Source: an uncultured Pseudomonadota bacterium (lineage in GTDB: Bacteria > Pseudomonadota > Alphaproteobacteria > JACZXZ01). Taken from it: a stretch of 64,000 bases of DNA. This document shows positions 1-10,058 of this stretch, piece after piece. A program made the position numbers and the translations under genes. The stretch spans positions 448,001 through 512,000 of the forward strand of contig CAVVLJ010000021.1 of the NCBI GenBank assembly GCA_963749075.1, in the 5' to 3' direction. A model generated the notes under the pieces. The model was not told the origin of the DNA. It ran no database searches and was given only the letters and a program-made list of their open reading frames with translations. Every line of letters begins with the position of its first letter. Within the stretch, counting starts at the first letter, position 1.

Positions 1-58
1 TATGTCCGCCCTCTCCCTTACCCTCGCACCGCAGCGGCCGCCTGGAATGGAGGATGAC

Positions 59-616
59 ATGAACGCAACGCCCATTCGGCGCATCGTGACGGGCCATGAC
101 GGAGAGGGCAAAGCCGTCGTGATCTCCGACGGGCCGGTCGCGCACGTGCGCACCTCTGAAGCGCGCCCGGGCGTCGCCTTCACGAACGTCTGGACGACCG
201 CCCGCATGCCGGCCGAGGTTCACGGCTCGGTCGATCCCGTGACTCCGGCCATGACGTTGGAGCCGCCGCCGCACGGCACCAATTTCCGCATCGTCGAGTT
301 CGGGCCGGAAAAAGGCTACATCGGATCGGTCGACGCCGCTGCGGCCCGCGCGGCGTTTGCCGGCATGGGCGGTGCCGCGCACGCGCTCGCCCACGGCGGC
401 ACTGCGCGCCACCCCTTCATGCACCGGACGAAGACGGTCGACTACGGCATCGTGCTCGCGGGCGAGATCACCCTCGTCCTCGACGACAGCGAGGTCCTCA
501 TGCGCGCCGGCGACATCTGCATCCAGCGCGGCACCAGCCATGCCTGGAGCAACCGCTCCGACGCCGCTTGCGTCATGGCCTTCGTGCTCATCGACGGCGA
601 CCGCCTCGATCCGTGA
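59..616 (+). CDS. cupin domain-containing protein
   Basis: RRIVTGHD N-terminus and MHRTKTVDYGIVLAGE...GDICIQRGTSHAWSN cupin motifs; GGAGG RBS before ATG 59. Confidence 0.85.
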   Translation: MNATPIRRIVTGHDGEGKAVVISDGPVAHVRTSEARPGVAFTNVWTTARMPAEVHGSVDPVTPAMTLEPPPHGTNFRIVEFGPEKGYIGSVDAAAARAAFAGMGGAAHALAHGGTARHPFMHRTKTVDYGIVLAGEITLVLDDSEVLMRAGDICIQRGTSHAWSNRSDAACVMAFVLIDGDRLDP

Positions 617-660
617 CGGGATTGGCGCGCCGGACGGGAGATGCGCTCGACCGCAATCCC

Positions 661-745
661 CCCTCGCCCCCTGAAAGGGGGAGAGGGTTGCGCAGGCTTT
701 CCCCCGGGCTTGACCCGGGGGTTAGCCGGAGCTGGGTGAGGGGGA
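661..745. repeat. GC-rich palindromic REP-like element
   Basis: ccctcgccccctgaaagggggagaggg hairpin, inner cccccggg-cttga-cccggggg hairpin, gggtgagggg tail. Confidence 0.7.
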
Positions 746-1078
746 ATTGACTTCGTGCGCACCAACTTGGTCGCGACCAAGTGAAGGCGCCACTAAGCTA
801 CTATTTTACTGAAGGAACTCAGTGAGACGGACGAATTTTCAGTGGCTGGGTGGAATTAGATCGTGGCGCGATCATCGACGCGTTGCCCCCGCGTCGATGG
901 GTGAGGGGGACGAGTCTGCGGCGCCTGGGTGCGGCGAAGACGATTTGATCTGCGCTCTCAACTAGGGCGACTTTCGACATCGGCAATTGACCCCTAGCGG
1001 CCTCTCGAGCGTCATCCAGGCGCACACCCCCGGCCCTCTTCACATCGCTAGAAACAGCTCGGCGGCAGAGGTGGCAAC

Positions 1079-1535
1079 GTGCTCATGGATTGCTCTACGA
1101 TCGACGCCCTCGGTATTAGCCGGGGCGGGCGCAGCACGAAGATCCATGCGGTCGTCGACGGCAAAGGCCGCCCGCTGAACTTCATCGTCACGGGCGCACA
1201 GGTCCATGACAGCCAAGTCGTCGAAGCGGTGCTGGACACGCCCAAGCCGCCCCTCGCCGTCGCGGCCGACAAGGCTTATGACAGCCAAAAGGTCCGCCAG
1301 CAGATCAGGGACGAAGGTGCCTTGCCCGTCATCCCCAGCCGCAGCAATGCCACCAAGAAAGCCTATTGTCCCAAGCGCATCTATCGCAGGCGCCACAAGA
1401 TCGAAAATTACTTCTGCCGCATCAAGGATTGGCGGCGCATCGCAACCCGATACAACAAGCTGGCCAGAAACTTCCTTGCCGCCGCAGCCCTCGTCGGCGC
1501 ACTCTACTGGATCAAATTGTGAGTCCAGACCCTAG
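1079..1535 (+). mobile_element. IS5-family element, partial (transposase C-terminal half and right end)
   Basis: GISRGGRSTKIHAVVDGKG, ADKAYDS and RHKIENYFCRIKDWRRIATRY motifs; ends gagtccagaccCTAG; no N-terminal orfA or matching left end found. Confidence 0.85.
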
Positions 1536-2080
1536 TCAGGAACTATGGGGTATTTTGGAGTGCGGAGAATGTGTACTGGGGCAAGGGCGGTCTCGGAAAT
1601 GAAGGCGCCATCTGGGGTGTTCCCGAAAATCGGACAACCAGCCCGCCGACCAATTTCCGCGAACAGATAGCCGTATACGCCCTGTACAGCGACTATCGGG
1701 TTGTTTACGTAGGCCAGACTGGATCTGGCGATCAAAGGCTATTCCGTAGACTACGGGCTCATAGAAAGGACCATCTCAAAGATCGATGGAATTCATTTTC
1801 GTGGTTCGGTCTGGTCCCGGTTAACGAAAAGTGGAGAGACCTCCGCCTAAATTTCCGAATTAAGCCCGACGTAAACGACACACTCGACCACATCGAGGCT
1901 ATTCTGACCGCGGTTTGTGAGCCGCCGTTGAACCTACAAAGAGGTCGCTTCGGCGGTGCCGAACAGTATATCCAGCATCCTGACAATCGCTTGTCGCCCA
2001 AGTCAACGGAGCGCGCAGCGCAAGTGGTGGAGCGGCTCAACAGCATCGACGCTAGACTGGCGAAGTTGGTCAAGGCGTAA
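1532..2080 (+). CDS. GIY-YIG nuclease family protein, 5' end abuts the IS5 insertion
   Basis: AVYALY...VVYVGQTG...RLFRRLRAH motif, conserved E (DHIEAIL) and N (PPLN); frame is open back to the IS CTAG (LVRNYGVFW); first usable start is GTG 1571. Confidence 0.75.
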   Translation, partial: LVRNYGVFWSAENVYWGKGGLGNEGAIWGVPENRTTSPPTNFREQIAVYALYSDYRVVYVGQTGSGDQRLFRRLRAHRKDHLKDRWNSFSWFGLVPVNEKWRDLRLNFRIKPDVNDTLDHIEAILTAVCEPPLNLQRGRFGGAEQYIQHPDNRLSPKSTERAAQVVERLNSIDARLAKLVKA

Positions 2081-2237
2081 TTACTCGTCAGGCGTTGAGC
2101 GATTAAACTTCGGGATTCATCACCATAACGACGAAGTGCCGAAATGGTGACTCGCCGCCACGCGCTGGCGTGGCATGTTCAGGCACATACCAAATCCGCG
2201 TACATAATCCCTTTGGTTTCGCTGTAACGGTGTGGTT

Positions 2238-2897
2238 TCAGGCTAGGTCGTCCAGAGTCATAGCGTCCAACCGTGCCAGCCTATTCAAGCGTTCAAGGGC
2301 CGACCCGATTCCGTAGTTCGTGCCTCCGCCCATGGCGGGATGCGGGACGAGATAGCCTGTTCGAGTCAACGCTGCGGCCGCGGCACTGAAGTCGTCAGCC
2401 GTAGGGAACAAATTTGGGATCAATTCCGGCCCAGCCGATATAAATGTCTTTCCGTATCTCTTTTCTTCGTCAGGTACATCGGGTTTGGTCAGGTTTCGAC
2501 ATACGGTGGCAAGTAGAATGACTTCTTCCCTGCGCAAGGAAGCAAGAGTGTCGGCGTGTCGCAAGAATTCATCCGCTACTAACGCCCCGAATTCCATCTG
2601 TCCAGCAATAACTCGGGCCATGAGGCGCAGATTGCGGCGAGCGGTCCCCTCCCGGGCTGCCCGAATATAGCGATAGGCGATGGATACGGCTTCCTCGATC
2701 TCCGGATCCGTAATATCTCGGCTGCCACGACGGACCTCGGCGATCAGAATGGCATGGGCCGCTTCCAGCCTGTCCTTCAAAAAATGTCGAAGCAAAGCTT
2801 CAGCGGTCATGCCAGCCAAATTCCCACCCGGAAGTTGGCAGGCTGCCAAGATGTCGCCCAATACAGCACCGAACACCGCTGGCAATCGGTTGGTCAT
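2238..2897 (-). CDS. hypothetical protein (219 aa)
   Basis: Long ORF in lower-GC islet with GAGGG RBS-like sequence upstream; no family recognised. Confidence 0.65.
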   Translation of the reverse strand: MTNRLPAVFGAVLGDILAACQLPGGNLAGMTAEALLRHFLKDRLEAAHAILIAEVRRGSRDITDPEIEEAVSIAYRYIRAAREGTARRNLRLMARVIAGQMEFGALVADEFLRHADTLASLRREEVILLATVCRNLTKPDVPDEEKRYGKTFISAGPELIPNLFPTADDFSAAAAALTRTGYLVPHPAMGGGTNYGIGSALERLNRLARLDAMTLDDLA

Positions 2898-3071
2898 CGT
2901 TTTTCCCTCACTTGGAGGTCCGATAGTATATCAGCCCGAAAAGCGATTCGAGTACAGAGGTCGGTGCCCTGTCGGACCGATAAGTCGACGGTGATTGAAT
3001 GGTTTGTCGGCCTTTGGAACGTCTTCTCCTCCCCTATTGCCCCACCCCCACCCCCTGCTACACTTCCCCCC

Positions 3072-3773
3072 GTGGCCCCCTTCCCCCCGCGCCGCGGCAC
3101 CCGACCGGACTCGCCTTACGGCGAGCTCCGCCGCCGTCTCCTGGCCGAGATCGCCGAGGAGGTGCGCGAGACCGAGGCTTATCTCGGCAAGTCAGCACTC
3201 TCGCCGCGCGTGATGGCGGCATTGGCCAAGGTGCCGCGCGAGGCCTTCGTGCCCGACGAGCTCGCGCTCCGCGCCTACGACAATGCGCCGCTCCCCATCG
3301 GCCATGGCCAGACCATCTCGCAGCCCTATATCGTCGCGGTGATGAGCGACATGCTGGAGCCGCTGCCGGGCGACGTGGTGCTCGAGGTCGGCACCGGCTG
3401 CGGCTACCAGGCGGCGGTGCTCGCCGAGCTCGCGGCCCGCGTCTACTCGATCGAGGTGGTGGCCGAGCTCGGCGCCAGTGCTGCGCGGCGCCTCGCACGG
3501 CTCGGCTACGGCAACGTCGAGGTGCGCGTGGGCGACGGGGCGCTCGGCTGGCCCGAGCATGCGCCCTTCGACGGCATCATCGTGACCGCGGCGGCGCCTG
3601 CGGTGCCCGAGGCCCTGGTAGCGCAGCTCAAGCCGGGGCGGCGGCTCGTCCTCCCGCTCGGCGAGGCGGGCGGGCGGCAGGAGCTCGTGGTGGTGGAGAA
3701 GGATGCTGACGGCGGGGTGAGCGAGCGGGTGACCTTGCCGGTCGCCTTCGTGCCGATGACGGGGGGCGGGTAG
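3072..3773 (+). CDS. pcm: protein-L-isoaspartate(D-aspartate) O-methyltransferase
   Basis: VPREAFV, AYDNAPLPIGHGQTISQPYIVA, VLEVGTGCGYQAA and APFDGIIVTAAA motifs; start uncertain (GTG 2991 or 3072). Confidence 0.92.
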   Translation: MAPFPPRRGTRPDSPYGELRRRLLAEIAEEVRETEAYLGKSALSPRVMAALAKVPREAFVPDELALRAYDNAPLPIGHGQTISQPYIVAVMSDMLEPLPGDVVLEVGTGCGYQAAVLAELAARVYSIEVVAELGASAARRLARLGYGNVEVRVGDGALGWPEHAPFDGIIVTAAAPAVPEALVAQLKPGRRLVLPLGEAGGRQELVVVEKDADGGVSERVTLPVAFVPMTGGG

Positions 3774-3818
3774 GGCTCGCAATCCGGAGGCTGCTGGCTA
3801 CATACTGGCGGGGTGGTC

Positions 3819-3877
3819 CCTCACCCTCCCATTGCTTCGCAATGGGCCCCTCCCTCTCCCGCTTGCGGGAGAGGGGT
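3819..3877. repeat. palindromic REP-like element
   Basis: ccctcaccctcccattgcttcgcaatgggcccctccctctcccgcttgcgggagagggg double hairpin. Confidence 0.75.
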
Positions 3878-3898
3878 AGAGCGAGCGGTAGTCTGGCG

Positions 3899-6397
3899 AT
3901 GACGCGCAATCTGCGGCCACCGATCGCGGTCTTGGGCCCGACCAATACGGGGAAGACCCATCTCGCTATCGAGCGCATGCTGGCGCATCGCTCGGGCATG
4001 ATCGGCTTTCCCTTGCGCCTGCTTGCGCGCGAGAACTACGACCGCATCGTGCGGCTGAGGGGTGCGGCTGCTGTGGCGCTCGTCACCGGCGAGGAGAAGA
4101 TCGTGCCGGCGCACCCGAGCTACTGGGTCGCCACGGTCGAGGCCATGCCGCTCGACCGCCCGGTCGAGTTCCTCGCCATCGACGAGATCCAGCTCGCCGC
4201 CGACGCCGAGCGCGGGCACGTCTTCACCCACCGCATGCTCCACGCCCGCGGCCTCGCCGAGACCATGCTCTTGGGCGCCGACACCATCCGCCCGCACTTG
4301 AAGAAGCTCGTGCCCGGCGTCGCTTTCGTCTCGCGCCCGCGCTTCTCGAAACTGGTCTACACGGGGGCGCGCAAGATCACGCGCCTGCCGCCGCGGAGCG
4401 CCGTCGTCGCCTTCTCGGTGCAGGAGGTCTACGCACACGCCGAGGCGCTGCGCCGCCAGCGCGGCGGCACGGCGGTGGTGCTGGGGGCGCTCAGCCCACG
4501 CACGCGCAACGCCCAGGTCGCCATGTACCAGGCGGGCGAGGTCGATTACCTGGTGGCGACCGACGCCATCGGCATGGGCCTGAACATGGACGTGAACCAC
4601 GTCGCCTTCACCAGCCTCGTGAAGTTCGACGGCCGCGCGCCGCGCCGCTTGAGCCCCGCCGAGCTCGCCCAGATCGCCGGCCGCGCCGGGCGATACATGA
4701 CGGACGGCACCTTCGGCACCACGGGCGAGCTTGCAACCCTCGAGCCCGAGCTCGTGGAGGCCATCGAGGAGCACCGCTTCGAGACGCTCAAGCTCATCTA
4801 CTGGCGCAACGCCGAGCTCGACTTCCGCTCGCTCGAGGCACTCCTCAAGAGCCTCGACGAGCCGCCGCGCGCCGCCTTCCTCAAACGCGCGCGCGAGCTC
4901 GACGATGTGGAGGCGCTCGCAGCATTGGCGCGCGACCCCGACGTCGTGCCCCTCGCGCAAGGCCCGGCAGCACTGCGCCTCCTCTGGGAGGTCTGCCAGA
5001 TACCCGACTTCCGCAAGATCATGCACGACGCGCACGTGCGGCTCTTGAAGCGCATCTTCCTCCACTTGATCGGGCCCGAAGCGAGGCTGCCCGAGGATTG
5101 GGTGGCGGGCCAGCTGGCAAGCCTCGACCGCCCGGACGGCGACATCGACACGCTCGTGCAGCGCATCGCCTTCGTGCGCACCTGGACCTACGTCTCCCAC
5201 CGCGGCGAGTGGCTCGCCAACGCGGGCGCTTGGCAGGAGCGCGCGCGGGCGATCGAGGACCGGCTCTCCGAGGCGCTGCACGAGCGGCTCACCCAGCGCT
5301 TCGTCGACCGCCGCGCCGCCACGCTCCAGCGCCGCCTGCGCGACGGCCGAGAGCTTATCGGCGCCGTCACGCGCGAGGGCAGCGTGCTGGTCGAGGGCGA
5401 GCCCGTGGGCCGCCTCGAGGGCTTCCGCTTCCTGGCCGACGAGACCGCGTCGCGGGACGAGGCTCGGGCGCTCGCCAACGCCGCACTCGGCGCGCTCAAG
5501 CGCGAGATCCCGGCGCGCATCGCGCGCTTGATGGCGGACGCCCAGGAGGCCTTCGCGCTCACGCCCGACGGCAAGCTCCTGTGGCGGGAGGCGCCGGTCG
5601 CCTATCTCGAGCCCGGCGAGCATCCCTTGAGCCCGCGCCTCAGGCTGCTGCCGAGCGACCTCATCGAGCCCAAGGAGTGCCAAGTGCTGCGCCGCCATCT
5701 CGAGGGCCGCCTCGAGGCCATTCTCGGAGCCGGATTGGCGCCGCTCTTCGCCCTCGCGAGTGCCGAGCTCGAGGGGGCCGCGCGCGGCATCGCCTTCCAG
5801 CTCCGCGAGGCGCTCGGCATCCTGCCGCGGCGCCAGGTGGCGAGCCTGGTCGCCGCCCTCGACGAGCCCGCGCGCAAGGCCCTAAGACGCCTCGGCGTGC
5901 GCCTCGGCCGCATCGCACTCTATATGCCCACCCTCCTCAAGCCGGCGGCGATCGCGCTCAAGACGCTGCTGTGGGCCGCCCATCACGACATGGTGGATCT
6001 CGTGGCACCGCCGCCTGCGGGACGCGTCTCGCTCACGCTCGATGCAGCACTGCCGGCGGCGTTCTACGAAGCGATCGGCTACCACGCGATCGGCGGTATC
6101 GCGGTGCGCATCGACCGCCTGGAGCGCCTGGCGGAGGAGGCGGCGCTCCTCGCGCGCCAGGGCGCCTTCGCGGCGACGCCCCGGCTTTTCTCTCTCGCCG
6201 CCTGCCCCAAGGGTGGCCTCGCGGCGGTGCTGGCAGCCCTCGGCTACAGTGCCGAGGGCAGCAACGGAGACGTGCGCTTCCTGCGCAAGAGCCGCGGCAA
6301 GACGCCCGGGCGGCGCCGGGCGAGGGAGGCCGCCGCCGAGGCCAAGGCGGCGCAGTCGCCCTTCGCGGTGCTCAAGGAGCTGCGGCTTGTGCGCTGA
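3899..6397 (+). CDS. Suv3/MgpS-like SF2 helicase
   Basis: GPTNTGKT Walker A, DEIQ, ATDAIGMGLN and QIAGRAGR motifs; typical helicase-hslR-fdxA-carD order. Confidence 0.92.
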   Translation: MTRNLRPPIAVLGPTNTGKTHLAIERMLAHRSGMIGFPLRLLARENYDRIVRLRGAAAVALVTGEEKIVPAHPSYWVATVEAMPLDRPVEFLAIDEIQLAADAERGHVFTHRMLHARGLAETMLLGADTIRPHLKKLVPGVAFVSRPRFSKLVYTGARKITRLPPRSAVVAFSVQEVYAHAEALRRQRGGTAVVLGALSPRTRNAQVAMYQAGEVDYLVATDAIGMGLNMDVNHVAFTSLVKFDGRAPRRLSPAELAQIAGRAGRYMTDGTFGTTGELATLEPELVEAIEEHRFETLKLIYWRNAELDFRSLEALLKSLDEPPRAAFLKRARELDDVEALAALARDPDVVPLAQGPAALRLLWEVCQIPDFRKIMHDAHVRLLKRIFLHLIGPEARLPEDWVAGQLASLDRPDGDIDTLVQRIAFVRTWTYVSHRGEWLANAGAWQERARAIEDRLSEALHERLTQRFVDRRAATLQRRLRDGRELIGAVTREGSVLVEGEPVGRLEGFRFLADETASRDEARALANAALGALKREIPARIARLMADAQEAFALTPDGKLLWREAPVAYLEPGEHPLSPRLRLLPSDLIEPKECQVLRRHLEGRLEAILGAGLAPLFALASAELEGAARGIAFQLREALGILPRRQVASLVAALDEPARKALRRLGVRLGRIALYMPTLLKPAAIALKTLLWAAHHDMVDLVAPPPAGRVSLTLDAALPAAFYEAIGYHAIGGIAVRIDRLERLAEEAALLARQGAFAATPRLFSLAACPKGGLAAVLAALGYSAEGSNGDVRFLRKSRGKTPGRRRAREAAAEAKAAQSPFAVLKELRLVR

Positions 6398-6443
6398 CGA
6401 GAGGGCGGCGCCCGACGAGGAGGAGAAGGCGGCGCCGGGCGCC

Positions 6444-6809
6444 ATGCGCCTCGACAAATGGCTGTTGTACGCGCGCTTCTTCAGGAGCCGCTCGCTCGCC
6501 GCCCGGCTCTGCGCCGAGGGCAAGCTGCGGCTCGACCGCGCCCGCGTGAGCAAGGCGCACCAGCAAGTGCGGCCGGGCGACGTCTTGACCTTTCCCCAGG
6601 GCCGGCAGATCCGCGTCGTGCGGGTGGCGGCACTCGCCGAGCGGCGCGGGCCCGCCGCAGAAGCGCGCCTCCTCTACGAGGACCTGGCACCGCCCGCGGC
6701 TGCGGGCGCCGCTCGGCCGGAAGTGGCAGCGGGCGAGCGGGAGCCGGGCAGCGGCCGGCCCACCAAGCGCGAGCGCCGCGCGCTCGATCGCCTCAAGGAG
6801 GCGCCCTGA
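6444..6809 (+). CDS. hslR: RNA-binding S4 domain protein (Hsp15)
   Basis: MRLDKWL..ARFFRSRSLA and GRPTKRERR motifs. Confidence 0.9.
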   Translation: MRLDKWLLYARFFRSRSLAARLCAEGKLRLDRARVSKAHQQVRPGDVLTFPQGRQIRVVRVAALAERRGPAAEARLLYEDLAPPAAAGAARPEVAAGEREPGSGRPTKRERRALDRLKEAP

Positions 6810-6943
6810 CGATCGCGGCTGACGATTGCGGCTGCGGAGCGCAATGGCGCTTGCCCCGGCCGGCGCCTTGAGCTTATTTAGCACTCTCGGCGGCGGCGGC
6901 CGGCCCTCGACAATCGCCCTCGGCAAGCGAGTGGGAGACGACG

Positions 6944-7279
6944 ATGACCTACGTGGTGACGGAAGCCTGCATCAAATGCAAATACATGGATTGCGTCGAG
7001 GTCTGCCCGGTCGACTGCTTCTACGAGGGCGAGAACATGCTCGTCATCCACCCAGACGAGTGCATCGACTGCGGCGTCTGCGAGCCGGAATGCCCGGTCG
7101 AGGCCATCAAGCCCGATACGGACGGCGGTCTCGAGAAGTGGGTCGAGGTCAACCGCGAATACGCCCAGTCGTGGCCCAACATCACGCGCCGCGGCGAGGC
7201 GCCGCCGGACGCCGACCAGTTCAAGAGCGTCGAGGGCAAGTTCGAGAAGTTCTTCACGGCGAACCCCGGCAAGCGCTGA
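6944..7279 (+). CDS. fdxA: 7Fe ferredoxin
   Basis: [26 protein letters not shown]...[12 protein letters not shown]. Confidence 0.96.
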   Translation: MTYVVTEACIKCKYMDCVEVCPVDCFYEGENMLVIHPDECIDCGVCEPECPVEAIKPDTDGGLEKWVEVNREYAQSWPNITRRGEAPPDADQFKSVEGKFEKFFTANPGKR

Positions 7280-7545
7280 GGGGCTTCCGCGGCCTAACCG
7301 GCAAAACGATAGTTACCGGGAAGATAGCACCCGCGGCGGCTTGCCGCAGCGCGGGTGGGGCTACACATTCAGCATAAATTATGCTATATATACGGCTTCC
7401 GGCCTTACGGCCTCCGGGCCGGGCCGTCCGTCCGGTGGGTCGGTTCATACCCACAACGGCCTGACAAAACAAGCAATTCGTGCCGCGGGGCGCCCGCGAG
7501 AGTGCGCCCGCGCCAACGGTTCGATGTCGATCACAAGAGGCGCCG

Positions 7546-8064
7546 ATGAGCACCCTGAAACAAAGAATGGCCAGCGAGCACGGCTTTACCAAAGGCGACT
7601 TCGTCGTCTACCCCACCCATGGGGTGGGGCGCATCTCCGGCGTCGAGACGCAGGAGATCGCGGGCTCGGCCTTGCAGCTCTTCGTCATCCAGTTCGACAA
7701 GGAGAAGATGACGCTGCGCATCCCGACCCAGAAGGTGCGCCAGGCCGGCCTGCGCCGCCTCTCGACGCGCAAGGTGATGGAGTCGGCGCTCAAGACGCTC
7801 AAGGGCCGGCGCCGTGCCAAGCGCACCATGTGGAGCCGGCGCGCCCAGGAATACGAGGCCAAGATCAACTCCGGCGACCCGGTGTCGATCGCCGAGGTGG
7901 TGCGCGACCTCCACCGCGGCTCGGACCAGCCGGACCAGTCCTACAGCGAGCGGCAGATCTACCAGGCCGCCCTCGACCGCCTCGCGCGCGAGCTCGCCGC
8001 GGTCGAGAAGCTCGACGAGAAGCAGGCCATCAAGCGGCTCGAGCATATCCTCAAGGCGGCCTGA
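7546..8064 (+). CDS. carD: CarD family transcriptional regulator
   Basis: GDFVVYPTHGVGRI and WSRRAQEYEAKINSGD motifs. Confidence 0.95.
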   Translation: MSTLKQRMASEHGFTKGDFVVYPTHGVGRISGVETQEIAGSALQLFVIQFDKEKMTLRIPTQKVRQAGLRRLSTRKVMESALKTLKGRRRAKRTMWSRRAQEYEAKINSGDPVSIAEVVRDLHRGSDQPDQSYSERQIYQAALDRLARELAAVEKLDEKQAIKRLEHILKAA

Positions 8065-8089
8065 GCTCCCGAAGCCGTCGTCCGCTTTA

Positions 8090-8191
8090 CCCCCACCCCA
8101 ACCCTCCCCCTCAAGGGGGGAGTGGGCGTGTCATCTGAGCCCACTCATAAATTTTCCCTCCCCCCTTGAGGGGGAGGGTAGGGTGGGGGGC
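8090..8191. repeat. inverted pair of REP-like palindromes
   Basis: acccccaccccaaccctccccctcaaggggg ... ccctcccccttgagggggagggtagggtggggg; near-identical to 11326-11426. Confidence 0.8.
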
Positions 8192-8213
8192 CATCCTGCG
8201 CGAGGACGCCCCA

Positions 8214-9872
8214 ATGAGCGAGCGCATCTACGGCACCCACGAGGTGCTCAACCAGCCGCCGCCCTTCGAGAACGTGAACCTCTACCGCAGCGACATCGCA
8301 CTCCGCGAGGCGGTGGCGCGCGAGGGCGGCGGCTTTGCCGAGGCCGAGCTCGCAGCGCTCGGCGCCGTGGTCGGCAGCGCCAAGGTCATCGAGCTCGCGG
8401 ACCTTGCCAACCGCTTCCCGCCCGAGCTTAAGACCCACGACCGCTTCGGCAACCGCCTCGACGAGGTCGACTTCCATCCCGCCTACCACGAGCTCATGGC
8501 GCTCGCCATTGGCCATCGCGTGCCGAGCCTCGCCTGGGTCGACCGGCGTGCGGGCGCCCATGTGGCGCGCGCGGCGCTCGCCTTCCTCTGGACCCAGGGC
8601 GAGGCGGGGGTGAGCTGTCCCATGGCCATGACCTTCGCCGCCGTGCCCGTCCTGCGCCGCGACACGGCACTCGCCGCCGAGTGGGAGCCGCGTCTTACGA
8701 GCGCCGTCTACGACCGCCGCTTCATGCCCGCGGCAGGGAAGACGGGTGCCACCTGCGGCATGGCGATGACGGAGAAGCAGGGCGGCTCCGACGTGCGCGC
8801 CAACACCACGCGGGCGCGGCCGGCGGGGAAGCGCGGGCCGGGCGAGGCCTATCTCCTGACCGGCCACAAGTGGTTCTGCTCGGCGCCCATGTCCGACGCC
8901 TTCTTAGCACTCGCCTATGCCGAGGGCGGGCTCTCCTGCTTCCTCGTGCCGCGCTTTCTCCCCGGCGGCGCCAAGAACCGCATCTTCATCCAGCGCCTCA
9001 AGCAGAAGCTCGGCGACCGCGCCAACGCCTCATCCGAGATCGAGTACGACGAGACCTGGGCGCGCCTCATCGGCGAGGAGGGGCGCGGCGTCGCCACCAT
9101 CATCGGCATGGTGCAGGGCACCCGCCTCGAGTGCGCGCTCGGCTCGGCCGGGCTCATGCGCCAAGCACTCGTGCAGGCGCTGCACCACGCGAGCCACAGG
9201 ACCGCCTTCCAGCGCCTGCTCATCGACCAGGCGCTCATGCAGAACGTGCTCGCCGATCTCGCCCTCGAGAGCGAGGCGGCGACGGCGCTCGCCCTGCGCG
9301 TGGCGCGCGCCTTCGACGAGGCGGTGCGCGAGCCGGCCCGGCGCAGCTTCGCGCGCATCGCGACGGCCATCGCCAAATACTGGATCTGCAAGCGAGCACC
9401 GGCACTCGTCGGCGAGGCGCTCGAGTGCCTCGGCGGCAGCGGCTACGTCGAGGAGTGCATGATGCCGCGCCTCTACCGCGAGGCGCCGCTCAACGGCATC
9501 TGGGAAGGCTCGGGCAACGTCATCTGCCTCGACGTGCTGCGTGCCCTCGAACGCGAGCCCGACTCGCGCGAGGCGCTCATGGCCGAGCTCGCGGCCGCGC
9601 GTGGCGCCGACCGCCGCTACGATGCCCTCCTCGGCCGCATCGACGCCGAGCTCGCCGCGCGCGGCGGCTGGGAGACGCGGGCGCGGCGCCTCGTCGAGGA
9701 TCTGGCCCTGGCGCTCCAGGCCGCCCTCCTCCTCAAAAGCGCCCCTCCGGCCGTGGCCGATGCATTCTGCGCCTCGCGCCTCGAGGGTGCCCACGGCCTT
9801 GCCTTCGGCACGCTCCCGGCCGGCGTCGATTTCACCACCATCATCGAGCGCGCGCTTCCCGTGGAGAGATAA
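8214..9872 (+). CDS. acyl-CoA dehydrogenase, AidB-like
   Basis: THEVLNQPPP, GMAMTEKQGGSDVRAN, GHKWFCSAPMSD and REAPLNGIWEGSGN motifs. Confidence 0.9.
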   Translation: MSERIYGTHEVLNQPPPFENVNLYRSDIALREAVAREGGGFAEAELAALGAVVGSAKVIELADLANRFPPELKTHDRFGNRLDEVDFHPAYHELMALAIGHRVPSLAWVDRRAGAHVARAALAFLWTQGEAGVSCPMAMTFAAVPVLRRDTALAAEWEPRLTSAVYDRRFMPAAGKTGATCGMAMTEKQGGSDVRANTTRARPAGKRGPGEAYLLTGHKWFCSAPMSDAFLALAYAEGGLSCFLVPRFLPGGAKNRIFIQRLKQKLGDRANASSEIEYDETWARLIGEEGRGVATIIGMVQGTRLECALGSAGLMRQALVQALHHASHRTAFQRLLIDQALMQNVLADLALESEAATALALRVARAFDEAVREPARRSFARIATAIAKYWICKRAPALVGEALECLGGSGYVEECMMPRLYREAPLNGIWEGSGNVICLDVLRALEREPDSREALMAELAAARGADRRYDALLGRIDAELAARGGWETRARRLVEDLALALQAALLLKSAPPAVADAFCASRLEGAHGLAFGTLPAGVDFTTIIERALPVER

Positions 9873-9893
9873 CGTAGGCAGTATCAGGGATAG

Positions 9894-9968
9894 CGCAGGG
9901 GCTGCGCGGAGGGCGCGGGGTATGGTTTCTCCTCTGCGGCCCCCGCGAATCCTCAGCGTCCCCCGCGC
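9894..9968. repeat. imperfect inverted repeat (cgcggagggcgcgggg / ctctgcggcccccgcg / ctcagcgtcccccgcg)
   Basis: Intergenic stem-loop built from degenerate 16-mer units. Confidence 0.5.
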
Positions 9969-10058
9969 TTGATCTTGCTGCTGCTCCGCCATTGCCGAGC
10001 CCTTGACCCTAAGCACCCGTCCCCATACCGTCCGAGCGTGAGCGTCGGGGAGAGAGCC

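Noticed and set aside
819-1043. 74-aa minus-strand ORF
   Set aside because: No recognisable motif; lies in a rearranged region beside a truncated IS.
7280-7545. Possible sRNA or riboswitch upstream of carD
   Set aside because: Has promoter-like and AT-rich patches but no recognisable RNA family structure.
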